The position numbers and the translations under genes were made by a program. A DNA stretch of 64,000 bases, taken from NCBI GenBank assembly GCA_026026165.1, contig JAPEUD010000024.1, forward strand, positions 1-64,000. Direction: 5' to 3'. Below, one piece after another: positions 25,201 through 38,309 of the stretch (positions within the stretch are counted from its first letter, which is position 1; each line of letters begins with the position of its first letter). Origin of the DNA: Sarea resinae. Lineage: Eukaryota. Under the pieces are notes generated by a model. That model searched no databases, was not told the DNA's origin, and was given only the letters and a program-made list of their open reading frames with translations.

Positions 25201-26507
25201 GTAGCCGCCCGCGGCCAATCTGTACGTGGCCCCCGATTCCGTATGTGACTTGAGAGCAAAGCCATAGATGCCCATTGACTTTCGAGGTAACATTGGATCT
25301 GCTTTGACATGATTGATTGCTTGAGGATTTGACTTCGGCATGGCTCGTACTCTGCTCTGTCGTATTACAGGTCATCCACCTCCGTACCTGCGTGAGCTTG
25401 ATCGGATTCAAGGCACCGTTGGCGAGGGAATCGCAAACTAATGGTGCAACTTATCCGCCCGTTTGGCTGATCTTATTTGTCTCTTGCCCCCAAAGTGGAG
25501 TTCTCTTCCTTGGCCTGGCTTCGTCGCTCTGAGTGCTCGTACTCTACTCGAGGACCTGGCCTGCCTCTCCATGCCTGTTTGCCTTTGCCTTGCTGCATCC
25601 ACCCCTCGCACCTTGCCCTACCTGACCTGGGCCCTTGCCTCAGGCCTACCTTAGTCGAATGCATCGCCTACTTTGACGTTGGCTGCGTTACCACAGTCGG
25701 CTTGCTAGTATTGCTAGTACACGAATCCGTAGTACTTCCGCTGCCATAGTAGTCTCCCGCCCAGACAGAGTACCTTACCGTGCAGTACCGCCGTCGACTC
25801 GAGCAAGCTGGAGGTAATGAGATCCGCCAAAAGAACTGCACCCCTCCGCACTTCCAACAAGGCATCCCTACCCCAGGTTGCTTTGACAACCAAGAAGCAA
25901 GTTGCCAGCCTTCAGCTTCAGCTCGACCCGATCTTTCCCCAGTACTTCTTCTCCTCAGGCCCTCCTTCTCCTCATCTTGTCAATCTTTAGATATTCACCT
26001 TGACTCCGACTCCAACCACTCGTTCGCTCATTCCGTGTCGGTGTCGACTGTCGATTGAGCTTTGGAAGTCTCCATCCAGAACCTCAGAATCGTCTCCCCT
26101 CTCAGCACTGCCTCACCCTTCCGACGAACAGGCGACCTCTCCAATGCTTTCTCTCCGCCACCTCCGACGTCTGTAGTCCACGTCGTCTCTGCAGCTTGCC
26201 GATTGTCAACTCGCCATCAAATCCGGGGACAGTAGCTCAGATTGGAATCAAACATTCTTATCTTGCCCTTCGTCGTTTTGAGTGGAGTTGCAGTCCTCGT
26301 CCTGCCTAGCACATTATTGAAGGTGGACGGTGAGGCAGCTTGCATTAGCGATCGTGGAACAGACTATCTTACCTACTACTACAACCTACGTCTTGTCGGA
26401 CTCGCAGTAATTCTCGTTGGACTCGCCGTGAATCTTTTTGGACTCGTCGTGAATGAGCCTTCACCCTTCACTCTAGATCTGGTTTCCCCGTCGACAGACT
26501 CGTATCG

Positions 26508-28392
26508 ATGGAGCGATCTTCACCATTAGCTGCCATGCAGCCTTCGTCTCTTCCGTTCCATTCTTGGGGCTGCCGATCTGACATTCCGACATCACATACA
26601 CTTTTTTCTGGAGCAAATAATTTTGGTGTCTCAAACTTCAATTTCAAGGACCTGAGCATGAAAAAGTCCTCTTCAGACTACTTCACCATGAAGCCTGTCC
26701 GTGGTTCTTCTCCCACTGCCAGCCTGGCTGCAGATCTGTCTCAGAACTTCCACATCGACCAGAGGTATGTCTGTTGTCTTGACCGCACCAACAGTGCTCG
26801 TGCTTACTTCTGCCAGTCCCCATTTCCCCACACCTCGTCGATCTCTCTTCACGTCGTCGAATCTGTTTGGGACAGTTGATGGCCGGGGTAAGATCTCTCT
26901 TGTCCATGTCTAGTATTATTCATATTTATCCTGCAACAGAGAGCATGACCACTCCACCCCTTCCTTCGTCCTCCCCAGCTCCTGGCAATGACTCAATGGA
27001 CATCTCCCCACTGCCTCATAAAGCGCCATTCTTCTCGATTACTGAAGTCGAAGCACAGTCACCAACGCCCGATACAACATCTACGGACGATTCGATGACT
27101 AGTCTTTGCATGCAGTCGCCTGTGTCGCCGTTGGAAGCTGTCAAACCCAATCCATTTGTTGAGTAAGTCAATCGCCTTCGTGTGTCAGCCAACGATACTA
27201 ATTGGATGGCCAGACGTCGGAGGAACTCGCTGTTGAGACCATCTCTTGCTCGTTCCAAGGGCTATTCTACAAATAGCATACCCTCGAGGAATAGCATGGA
27301 AAACCCCTTGCCGGCATTCAAATTCGGACATGGCAGTAAACAGTCGAATTCCACACCGCTGACTTTAGATCAATGCTTTGGCGACTCTCCTCCCCAGGAC
27401 CGGAAGACTGCCTCAGGGGTTCCACAAATTACCTTGATGGGCCCTCCACGCCCCAAACAACCTTTCTCAGGGATGACTGGAACCTCACGTGCCAACGGCT
27501 CTCCTGGTAGTGGCCATATACGAAAACCGTCTACGTCTCTAGGACGACCGCGAAAGCAATTCCGAAGATCATTGAGCATGTTCGAGCATCCCGAAGACGT
27601 CATGAGGCAAGAGAAGAGGGAATACTGTCCTGCGGAGACCATGCAGTCAATTATGGATGTCGATGACTCCCACAAGCTTCGATTGCCGCATTTTGTCCCC
27701 GAGGATCAGCCAGATAGCCTGCCTAGAATCACAAAGGGTACTCTGATTGACATACTCGACGGACACTATCTGGATATGTATGATGAGGTGGTTATCGTTG
27801 ACTGTCGATTTGAGTACGAATATCAAGGAGGCCATATTGATGGTGCCTTGAACTACAACGACAAGGAAGTTCTTGCCAGCAAACTCTTCGACTTAAATAC
27901 AACTCCTAACACGCTGCTTGTATTTCATTGTGAATACTCTGCTCATCGCGCGCCGATCATGTAAGATCGTTATGCCAACGTACTTTGCAAATACTGATCT
28001 TCGATAGGGCGAAGTTTGTCCGTCATCGGGATCGTGCTGTCAACGCATCTTTCTACCCAAGGCTGACTTACCCTGAAGTCTACATATTGGATGGCGGATA
28101 TAGCTCATTCTTCGCCGATCATAGGGCTCGTTGCTACCCGCAAAATTATGTGGCGATGTCCTCAGAGGAGCATGCTCATGCCTGCGAGCGTGGTATGGGC
28201 AAGCTTCGGCAGCGCACCAAGCTTAGCAGAGCGCAAACGTTTGCTTTCGGTCAACATTCTCAAATGGACGAAAGCCCTACTGCCCCAAGCAGATCTAGCA
28301 ATGTCGACGACAGTATGATGGGAATGGACATCGCGACAGATACATCATTCGAGCACAGACGGAGCCATGTGCAGAGAATGGCGTCGTATTAG
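26508..28392 (+). CDS. cdc25: M-phase inducer phosphatase Cdc25/NimT/Mih1
   Basis: MERSSPLAAMQP; RGSSPTASLAADLSQNFHID; SPHFPTPRRSLF; rhodanese catalytic domain IVDCRFEYEYQGGHI...HCEYSAHRAP (HCX5R), YPEVYILDGGYSSFF. About four introns. Confidence 0.96.
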
Positions 28393-29513
28393 ATTCTCTT
28401 TGCATCTTCTTATGTCAAGTCATGGTCATGGCGAAATGGTCTAACGGAGTCTCGAAACGGTTTCTATGTCTTGCAATGCGAGGCATTCCCGGCGCACATG
28501 AATGCTTTCAGCGATTAGCAAGCGGATTTTTTTCTTTTTTGCATGCAGCGGAGTTTAGCTGGCTAACAGCTGCTATCACACCACCGGCCGGTTATATTAC
28601 CCCAAGTACCCCCTCTTATCAACCGCAGCCTGTTCGATATGGGCGCTGTCTCTGCATTCCCTGAGGGCTACTACCTGGTGTTGCTCTTTTCTCGTTCGGG
28701 TTGATCCTCGTTAAGGTTGATCCTCTTCATCTGTCTGCATCTTCCTTGATGGTCTGTTGACTGGAGTCGAAGTGGACGTCACTTCTTTGTATTTGGTGTT
28801 TTGGTGTCCCATATCCACCTTTTGATACCTATCATTTCTTTTGTCACATCTTATGGCTCGGCTCGAAGAGAGACCGACCATCGCTCATTGGAGCACACAT
28901 TTCGGAGATCCATACTGCGCGATGCAGCTGCCTCTATGAAAGAGACCCGTATGGCAAATCCTTTTGGGCCTCTTGGCCTTAGAATGACGTTGAGAAGCGA
29001 TAGCTTTAGTCGCAATCAACATACCCAAGACACATAACAATCGACCGCCAATTCTCTTTGTTATCTTCCAGCATTAACTTCCTTCCACAAATCCTTTTAC
29101 TACTCTATACCCTTTAATGGTCCTGCATAGCCTCTTCTCTGTATCCTGCTAGCGCTCTTACTGCATTGCTCTAACCTTTCTTATGGTGGAGGGGCCACCC
29201 TGCTTCAATGGTTGCGGGGCTGTAGATGAGATCAAAGACTGCACATATGAGAGCGAGAAGACGGGCCCTTTGGAAGTGAGAAAGAAATTGATGGAAACGG
29301 CAAGAATCCGTGGATTAGGAAAGATTTTGCACTGGTGTACATTAAGAAATTCAACTACAATTTCAATGCTTTGATGTGCGAGTGTTTATGAGTGTTGATC
29401 GCGCAAAGGAACACCTCGCCGTCTATTATCCATGCAATGTGTTGCGTACAGGATTGCCGTGACGCTGTGGAAATATAGATCACCGAATGGATATTGCTTT
29501 TAGGTTGCGAAAT

Positions 29514-29580
29514 CGCGTCCCGTACGGGACGAACCGAAGAAAGACTACACAACTTAGTCAAGTTTTGGGTCGCGCGCGTA
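29514..29580 (+). promoter_or_regulatory. MCB-like CGCG elements upstream of sld5
   Basis: TCGCGT at ~29513-29518 and CGCGCGCGTA at 29571-29580, within 150 nt of the ATG of a replication gene. MBF binds ACGCGT/CGCG cores in fungi. Confidence 0.45.
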
Positions 29581-29657
29581 ACCCTCGTCCGAGCGCGCTT
29601 TCTTCGATTTATATTCAGAAGGCGCCCCATCAATGTCGATGAGGCCGGTCCAGAGCA

Positions 29658-30534
29658 ATGGACATCGATGACATCCTCGCCGGACTCGACAGAGATACCA
29701 TCCCGCAGGAAACGCGCGATCTTCAAGAGCTGACGCGCGCATGGGTTGCCGAACGCGTCGCACCGGAGATTTTGCAGTTCCCAGAGGACCTTATGGAGAG
29801 GACCATGAATCGCATACGGCAGCAGGTCAGGAGATGCCTTCTTCTCTCTTCGTTGTCCATGGGCAATTCTTACAGAGATTAGAATTTTGCTGACGAGGCG
29901 TGCGATGTACGAGCGTGGAACAGATCGATCTTGTGGAGCAAGAGACTGGCAATATGGAGCCGAGGGCGAATTTCCGCCTCATTGTCATTCAGACCGAATT
30001 GGAGCGTTTTAAGTTTCTTGTACGGAGCTTCTTGCGTGCCCGAATTGCGAAGGTATGCATCGACCTCTCAAGCAAAGAAAAAAAATATGATTCAGCTCAT
30101 TTCGACTGAATATGAAGCCATGCAGCCATAAAAGAAGAAGAAGATAGGGGCTAACGTCCGGCACTGAATTCCAGATAGACAAGCACGCCCTCCACCTCCT
30201 TACAACACCCCGGCTGAAAGGCCGTCTTTCCTCTTCCGAGCAGCAATACCTGACGACACACCAAGCACTCCTACACGCGCACTATCGCGCCTCATTTCTG
30301 TCGCATTTCCCTCCACAGCTGCAGCGGCTCGACGACACCGCTGGAGGCATCTCCATGATCGAGACGCCGGATTTGGACACAGCCGTTTTTTGCCGAGTTC
30401 TCAGGGATGTGGATGAGCCAGTCGTCATCGAGGGCACGGATACCGAGGTGCATATGCGGCGAGGAGATGTCTTTGTCGTCAGATGGAGGCTTGTGAGGGA
30501 GGCATTCGAGAGGGGTGATGTTGAATTGATATGA
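29658..30534 (+). CDS. sld5: GINS complex subunit Sld5
   Basis: MDIDDILAG...[89 protein letters not shown]...GDVELI*. Two introns. Confidence 0.95.
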
Positions 30535-31143
30535 CATGATTCGGGATCATTTTATCGCGGCTACGAAGTTTTTGCATGTCCATGGTTGGGCATTGGAGGC
30601 GTTCTGGGTGTCTCTAGGCTAAGGCCTACATTTCCTGGATGACCATGGGTATATATTTGTGGCGAATGAGAAAGATGAACAGGAAAAATGGGATATAGAA
30701 TTGACTTTACCCCTGGTAATGCAGGATACATTATCATACACACGAAGGGAAGTCGGTGCCGCCGTCACAGTCATAGGAAACGCTCGTGGTCTTCTCCGCA
30801 TTAGGAGCATCCCTTTCTATAGCAGATTAACAGCTGCCAGAGCCTTCCAATCGTTTTCCTGGAAGAGGACCAGATTTATTTGTTTCCGCAGGCCGCTGTC
30901 ACGCAAATCTAAATGCACAGGCAGGGCGTCTATGCGGCGGGTTGGTTGATGCTTTGGTGTCCTCTATTTCCAGATTCTTATCCAGGACGGAAACCCCGGA
31001 CAAATCACCCCTATCATACAGACCAAACGATTCCTTCTTCGTCATACTTCATACATAGCACATGTATCCATTTCATCAGAACGCTTGCTTTTCGTCCTCC
31101 GACCACTTATACCCATTACTTTAATCTACACTGCACCTTTTCC

Positions 31144-31809
31144 TCACAGCAGAACAACCGCGCCTGCAACCCCCAGAACGGCCCACGGCGCTGCTCCAAG
31201 CGTCGGAGCTGCAGCTCCCTTTGATGAAGACGTCGCAGCAGCGGTTGCAGCCGTCTTCGTCAAGGCGCCCCCCTTTGGCGCTTCCGTATTGCCGTACTGT
31301 ACACCCTCGGTTCCCGATGCTGATGTCGAGCCAGAGGTGGATGCCGCCGCGGACGATGCACTGGCTGAGGATTTGGATGCCGAAGATGAAGATTTGCTGG
31401 CGGAACTTAGGGACGCGGACGATGCGGAGGAGACCGCAGATAGACTGGAGGATAGGCTGGAGGATCCCGAGGACGCGGAGGCTGCAACGGCTGAGGTTGC
31501 CGAGGAGGCTGAAGCGCTTGCTGCTGCGGTGGCGCTCGAAATCAGGGAGCCTATGGATGAGGTCCCTGTTGCTATTGGCCGGCTGATGGGGGCGATACGG
31601 GGGTTGATCTGTGTGTTGGCTGTGAGCTTTGGCTATGTGAATTGAAGTTGACGGTTAGAGGGGACGATTGGGATGAGGGACAGTAGGCTGGGGTATCTGG
31701 GTCTGGAGCAGAAAGGTGAGAGGAAAGGGGAGGGGGGCAGGCGCACCTCAGCCAGAGATAGCACGGCCAGAAAGAGGACAACGAGCGATATCGAGATTGA
31801 GAAACGCAT
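31144..31809 (-). CDS. secreted Ser/Ala-rich, probably GPI-anchored cell-wall protein (183 aa); absent from the ORF track
   Basis: Exon 1 signal peptide MRFSISISLVVLFLAVLSLAE (31809-31747), intron 31746-31633 (GTGCGC...CTAAC...TAG), exon 2 PKLTANTQINPRIAP...SSASSASLSS...SSSKGAAAPTLGAAPWAVLGVAGAVVLL* with a hydrophobic C-terminal GPI-type signal. Confidence 0.85.
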
Positions 31810-34099
31810 GATGAAAGCTCTGGTCTGTAATGCTTTGCTATGCTATGCAATGCCGATTTAAAGGGTTACGATTGATACGTGTAATGGACCCAATTGGTTG
31901 AGATGCGGCGAAGATTGAAGTCGTAGCAAAGGGATAGCACACATGACACAAGCAAGCAAACGTCAGTGGGGAGAAATGCAGATCTATTTGTAGTTTTCCC
32001 CATCAATTTTCTGCATGATGCATGATGCAAGATGTCGCATCACCCCATTTCCTATTGCCCATGGCGCCGCCCCTACCGGCTTCTATTACCGCTTCGAGAA
32101 CGTTGACAGCTCCTAGACTCCGGGGATGATGCACCATGGGATTTGCAATGCGGGTTGTTAGACTGTGGAGCGTGGAGTGAAAGCGGAGCTAAAGACCACC
32201 TACGCCCAGTAGGTTCAATTCCGAGGGGGCAATGACGAGAGGTCAGGGGAGACGAGCCTAAAAAGTCGCGAGATCTGCGCCCACCAGACTCCACGTTGGC
32301 TACGATGGACCAAGATACGTAATTAGTCGTCTCTGCCTCAAAGGTTCCCTTTGGATGGGTGAGCTGATCTAGAATGTGCTGCAATTTCCATTGTCACCTC
32401 ATTCGCATGGCCGTTCTCGACTCCGCTAGGTTGCCTCTAGGGAGTATGAAGGAATGAATGCCGGTGGCTTTCAAGACCGTGAATGACTGATGGCCGCGAT
32501 TATTCACTCAACGCTCTCGAATCTCCAAGACTTGGCTCAATCCCCATCCAAATCAATCACCTACAGATGATTGATGTTCTGCACAATTTCGATCATCTCC
32601 TTCCATGTGTCTCATCCTCCACATCTCCACTTACTCCACAAAGCTCGTCGATCTCGATTGTTCCCGGGATTGTTGTTGATCATTCCTCGATTGGGAATGG
32701 ATTCGATCGCACTCTCAAAATGATGTCAACAGCTCGCTTCTGTTCATCGCTCATCTTTCTATGTTTTCTACTTCAGTAGGGCCCATCGGAGCACTTTCCC
32801 CCTTGCCGATTCGATCCCCAGATTGACCTGCGGATCGAGGTATGCGATTGAATATGTAGGGGTCCTGTTGTCTTTTCACCATCGTCATTGAATGCATGTC
32901 TCGCTCTTCACTACTGCGCGGATGATGTCACCAACGCAAGTGAATCTGTCTTCATGTCCCTATTATTATTGAACCTGTGCTTCTCTTCTGGCAAATTTCC
33001 CGTCGGCGATCCAGGCTCTGCGTCAGCAGACCACGTATTTGTACGCCAAAAAGAAGGCGCTTGAGGAAGAATAACAGTCAACAACGACGGTCTTCGACAC
33101 GATTTACTGCAGCAAAATCTGCGTGGCTCTAAAACTATCGATAAGCACCGCAGCGATAAACATCAATTTACCTGATTCCTCATGTCTGGTAGCGGGGCGA
33201 TAGCTCAGATCTCTTACGGAATGGCCTTCTCAGGAAGGCTGGCTCTCCTTGTCACGCTACCTACGGACATCTTTCTGTGTCGTTGTTTATATCTGCCATG
33301 GTACAAGCTTTGCTTTTTGTCGTTTCTGCTGAAATGAAGTCTATGCAAGAGAGAGTATCCTTGAACAGACGGAGCGGGCGTTGCGAGAGGCTTAAGAAAG
33401 GTATGGCAGAACTGCACCTGGCCAGTCATTGACCTCAATATCTTGCTGCCACCCGCCTCTTTCAATACAACAACTTTCAACCTCTTGCCTTCGCATCATC
33501 AGATCTCTAGATACACGAAGATTATTATTATCAGACCCTCTCTGCTTATGCCGCATCACTAAGCTTCCTTGTCTTCAGCTTGTTAGCAGCACAGGTCTTG
33601 AAGCCATCAACTATTATTCTCTCTTCCTGATTATACCCTTACATTTCCTTCCACTATAACCACACCGGCACGATCCAACAAGCTCTTATTACAGTCCGCG
33701 CCGCGTGCTGTTAGAGGCGTTGCGATAGAGAACCTCGGCGCTTGTGTCTGCTCACTGACTTTATTCAATCCAGTTTTCATATCGTTTTCCAAAAGTATAT
33801 AAAACGGAGGGCCCTGGCAGAAAAAAATCCTGCATATATATAAAAAAGTGAAAAGGAAAGGACGACAACAGACTATCAACTATGTTTGCCATCTCACATG
33901 CGGACCAAGCACCCAGTCTCGAAAGAAGCTTGGAATCTCGCCGTCTCGGCGTCCTGTCTATTTAAGGGGGCCCCCCTCCCCTTCTTCCTCGTCTTCTTTC
34001 TTCTTGCCTCTTCAGATCACAAAACACCTTGCTGTGCCTTCTCCAGCCCTGCCAACCTCTTCTCTCTTCTTCTTCAATTATTATTCTTTCACGACAGCA

Positions 34100-36210
34100 G
34101 CTCCTCAAGCCTGGACAGGAGACAGCAGTGCTAGGGAGGTGAAAACCTTCCTAGCTAGGGTGCAGGCATCCACTGCTGTACTTTGCGTCTTTGGCAAGGA
34201 GGTGTGTGCCAAGGACAGCCATCAGAGGAAAAACAATCGTGTCCTCTGTGACACAGCAGAGATTGAGCAGGTCTCTCTCTCAGAGGCCTATGGCCTCTAC
34301 ACCAATTTGGCACAGTTTACTAGAGGGTCTGGCACCCTAGCACTACTGGCCAGCGCAGCAAATATGGTCTTTAATCATGTGGCAAAGCTCTTGGTTAAAG
34401 TGCAGCCGGATCATCAGATGCTTGAACTGCCAGAGTCTGGAACATGGGAGGAATTGTCCGCGTCCCATCGGGATTTGACGCCCCCGCCTAGCTCACCTTC
34501 AGGGCACCCCAATATTCACAGAAAAGTACCTGGAGCCTTCCCTGCCGCCGTTCAGCTGACCGGGCTCGGAGCCTTGTCTGATGCACTCCTTGGTCGACGC
34601 CGGTGGACGGACCCTGCTGTGCTAGAAGGACATGATCTTCTGTTCTCCTCTGATCCTGAAACGACTAGGAATGCATCAAGAAGTGGCAAGCGTGCACTAT
34701 CAATCAACTTAGAAAAGCGTGGGCCCTGGGCTAAGAAGTCCGAGATCACCGCCTTTGGCGACAAATCTTATTTCATAGCAAAGGAGAACGGCATTAGCAC
34801 GCGTTTGTGTTAGATTTGACGAAGTGAAGATGAAAGAAGGAACGGGATCTAGCGGCATCTAGAGGGGCGGCCTGACTGGCATTTGTTTGGAATGTTTTAC
34901 TGGAATAGAACAGTAAGATTTCTCCCCCTCTCCATCAGATAACATTTGACACGCTAGACAACTGAAAATTTTTACCAGTTGTGGTTTTTCGACCCTGCAG
35001 GAGTGGAACGGGTCTGCGAGGAGTCTACGCCCTATATTTGTCGAAGTCATTTGATAGATCTGCAAGCTACAATATTGCTGGCACAGTCGCCTTCAACCAT
35101 GGCTGGGATAGCCACAAGAAGATCCTTTTAAGGTGGATAAATGATACGACCGCTTACATATCGAACATAATTATAATAGCCAACGGTTTATTGTTCTCAA
35201 TGAGCAGCTCTTAAGGATAGCGACTGAAAACTAGATCCCTCTAGGACTACTGTTCTAAGATAGCGTCTAGCGTCTAGACAACCAGGCTCGCGCCACTGCC
35301 TGCCCCTACAATCAACGCTATCTGTACCGTCGTTAACAGATACTTGTCGCCTAATAAAAAGGTCTTTATTAAGGCAACAATTGAGGGGGTATAGTATAAT
35401 ATAAAATATGATGTATAGAATATGACGACAAGATAAAGATTACAAAATAGCGAAGGGTCTACTGTTGTTCTAAGTTGTGAGTTTCTATAAGGTTCGCTTT
35501 ACTCGTTAGTTTATGCTAACGTTGTATCAGATGTGAGCACTGTAAATCTGAGACGCCAGGCCACTCTGACAAGCAAACATAATTAACGTAGGCACAGAAA
35601 AGCTACACTAACTCTGTGTGTGCATCTGTTAGTAGCTATTGCTAACAGTCAGTGTAGAATACACTACCGCACCTAAGGATATTTGGGTACACACTCCTAC
35701 CACGTACATTAGAAAATTCAAGAGCTCTTTAAGAAGCATTGAAGCATTCTACCGCTGCAATATTGATGTAGGAATTGTCTGTCGCCGGAATGATCTTTTA
35801 AGAGAGATATAGAATGAGCGCAACCCCCTCATCGACCGAGGAAGATTCGAACGCGATGGAAATCGAATCATGCGGCCAACTTAATTGCCGACGATCTTCT
35901 CTCATCTCGAAGTCAAGAAGCTCAATAGCTGTTCATGCCGGCGTCATGCCAGCTGACTCTAGTACAGTGCATACAAGACCTAGAGTAAGGGCAAAACCAG
36001 TATTCGGAGCTGCGTTCTGGGTGCGAAGATGAGAATGAGGACGAGCGCGTCCTACTCGACGGCCGCCAAAGACTCCATGGATTGGAGATTACACTTGGGG
36101 AGGAAAATTTCCCCAACACGTTCCCCCTCGCTCGCCGACACCCATCCCAGTCCACACCCTCCTACACCTCAACGGACCCCAGCCGCCGGCCGAATCCATT
36201 ACCTCCTATA
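34100..36210 (+). pseudogene. intron-containing gene relic with many premature stops (RIP-like)
   Basis: Open frame to 34813, then protein-like segments (WINDTTAYISNIIIIANGLLFSM; LTVSVEYTTAPKDIWVH...) broken by TAG/TAA. Intron-like 35476-35530 (GTGAGT...GCTAAC...CAG). TpA-rich, AT-rich patch ~35150-35800. Confidence 0.55.
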
Positions 36211-36409
36211 ATGCTTAATTTATTATTCCTTTACTAGCGGTGCTCGCTGATCTTGTCACCTCTCTCTTTTCTAGTGGGTAATTTCGACCTCTTCTTTCCA
36301 CTCACTTATCCAGCAACTACTGAATCCATATGGACCTGATGACAGGTTTTCTCCGGTCCGAACAGGAGAAAAATTTAAGTTGTAGAAGATACGTCTTTTA
36401 GCTCTATTA

Positions 36410-38300
36410 GTGGTGAATCTTTGCGCATGCAATTATCTGCTCTTAGTAGTATCTAGGAGGCCTTTCCTACCCATATTACGCCAAGAAATCCTCCTCCACC
36501 GACAAGACAGGGTTTTACCATCTTTATCAAAACGTGAGGAAATTGTCGGGAAGATAGAACAGGGAGCAACTTGGTGCAATGTGCAGTGGCGTTCAACGAG
36601 GAAGACCAGGACAATTGCATTCGGATGCATTCGGGCTTGTATACGGCTCGATGTGAGTTATGAACAAGCAGATGAACTGGTTTACCGCTTTAGACTCATT
36701 TGCAACCAACAATGCTTCCTTAGCCGCGAGCTGAAGTCAAGAGAACAACACCTACGGCCGGCCAAATTTGAAATGGCCGGTCTTATATAGTCCATACGAA
36801 AGCTCGTTCTGTTCATTGAGCAAGCCCTCACTACGCTTGCTATCAACGATCATATTGCCAACGAAGCTATCAGCAGAATGAAGTCGATGAAAACAACAGC
36901 GGCCAGCGAAACTGAACGCGCGTCTTACCAACGCGGCAATCTTAATTTCGCAGTACTAGAACAATATGCCAGTCGCCTACTGTGAAGGCAAATCGATGGT
37001 AGTTGCACTCAGCAGGGTAAAGCCGAGCCAATGAAGCGGTTCTCTCCTACTCATTTAATCAAGAGGAAAACGAAGTCGGGGCTTCCTTCTGAATTATGAC
37101 CCACCAAGTACAGGACAAAGCAACCTCCTTTTCTCAACCTCATCGAGAGTCTTCTCTTTTTTTTTCGTGGTCCTATCTATAGCAAGCGACTCAAACCATG
37201 TCCTGTTGGGTCTGAACCCCTTCTTGTTCAACCCCTTCGACCATTGTTCACGAAATCGGACGCACAATATTACCTAGAGCTAACACAGGGTCTGTGAAAA
37301 CGCTCTTCATCACTGGTCCTCGCTCTAGATACTCATCTATCGTCAGCATCCGCTCTACTACCGAAGAAGCAATTCACGCTCTATGTGACGTGAGGAAACG
37401 AGGCAGGAAAGGCGTGGTGGCGTGTGCTCATGAACTAGGAACTACTTGCTGAGCCAACAAAGTCCATTGACCTGACTAAGGTCTTCGCGCTTTAATCTTT
37501 CTTCTAAAAAAAGACAAGTATATAAGACATTTTTTGCCGACATCAAGTATAGCAATTTCAAAGTTAATAAACTAGATCTAGGTTTAATAAGGCAAATATT
37601 CTTTAAGGTCTTAGAGTTCTATAAAAATTTACTGAGGACTAACAACGAGAGACATTATTAGATCTTGTCATAGCTCTCTGCAAATTAGCAGCATTAAAGA
37701 CGTTTCTGACCTTCACTAGCTTGTATAAAAGCGAGAGATTTGTTTTTGCTAGTCAGCAGCTCCGTGGTTGTGAACTCTTTAAAGATGCAGTCGTGGAAAA
37801 ATAAGAAGATTGACTTCTGGAGAGGAAGAGGCTATGCGGTAATTTCGCACTAATTTCTCTCCAGCACGCTGTTCTAGGGCCAGAAGGATAAGCTCCCTAG
37901 GTGCCGCACATGCCGCAAGGGCCATCCATCTTGTGAGTAGTTTCCGAACGTATGTTTTCGCAAAATCTAACACACAACCAGCCCATGTATGCCCAAGGGC
38001 AGTCAGAGCTGCTGAACCAGAAAACCATATCTGGTAGAGTATATCACATACATGCCAGAGAAGTATGTTGTGCCTATTGCTGAGCCCGGGGTCCGGTCAG
38101 GAGGGAACCCCCAAAATTCAGTATCATCTAGCAACAGATGCCTGAAAAATACTGTGCTGGCGGTGTTTTGTTCCAGTTACCAAAATTACCCACATGGCAC
38201 AAAGCTGACAGGGGGACCTCTGAGGATTACCGATCAGATCAAATTCTCCAGTACCGTCTCACCACACCGCAACGAATCCCAGCAATCACAACAACACATA
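36410..38300 (+). pseudogene. second decayed gene relic
   Basis: Fragments in shifting frames (REEIVGKIEQGATW; SIRKLVLFIEQALTTL; KTFFADIKYSNFKVNKLDLGLIRQIFFKVLEFY; DLVIALCKLAALKTF). AT/TpA-rich at 37480-37780. No family recognised. Confidence 0.4.
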
Positions 38301-38309
38301 ATGGATGAC

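Noticed and set aside
22500..25400. Short ORFs between pol5 and cdc25
   Set aside because: No motifs, coding-like composition or splice-consistent model; treated as divergent promoter/intergenic DNA.
31085..31645. + strand 186-aa acidic ORF
   Set aside because: Antisense shadow of the minus-strand GPI-protein gene.
32205..32228. tRNA or SINE suggested by B-box-like GGTTCAATTCC
   Set aside because: The T-stem pairs poorly (GTAGG/CCGAG), and no cloverleaf or A-box could be built.
32690..32765. Pif1/Helitron helicase hinted at by minus-strand MSDEQKRAVDIIL
   Set aside because: No following Walker A (GxxGxGK) or other helicase motif.
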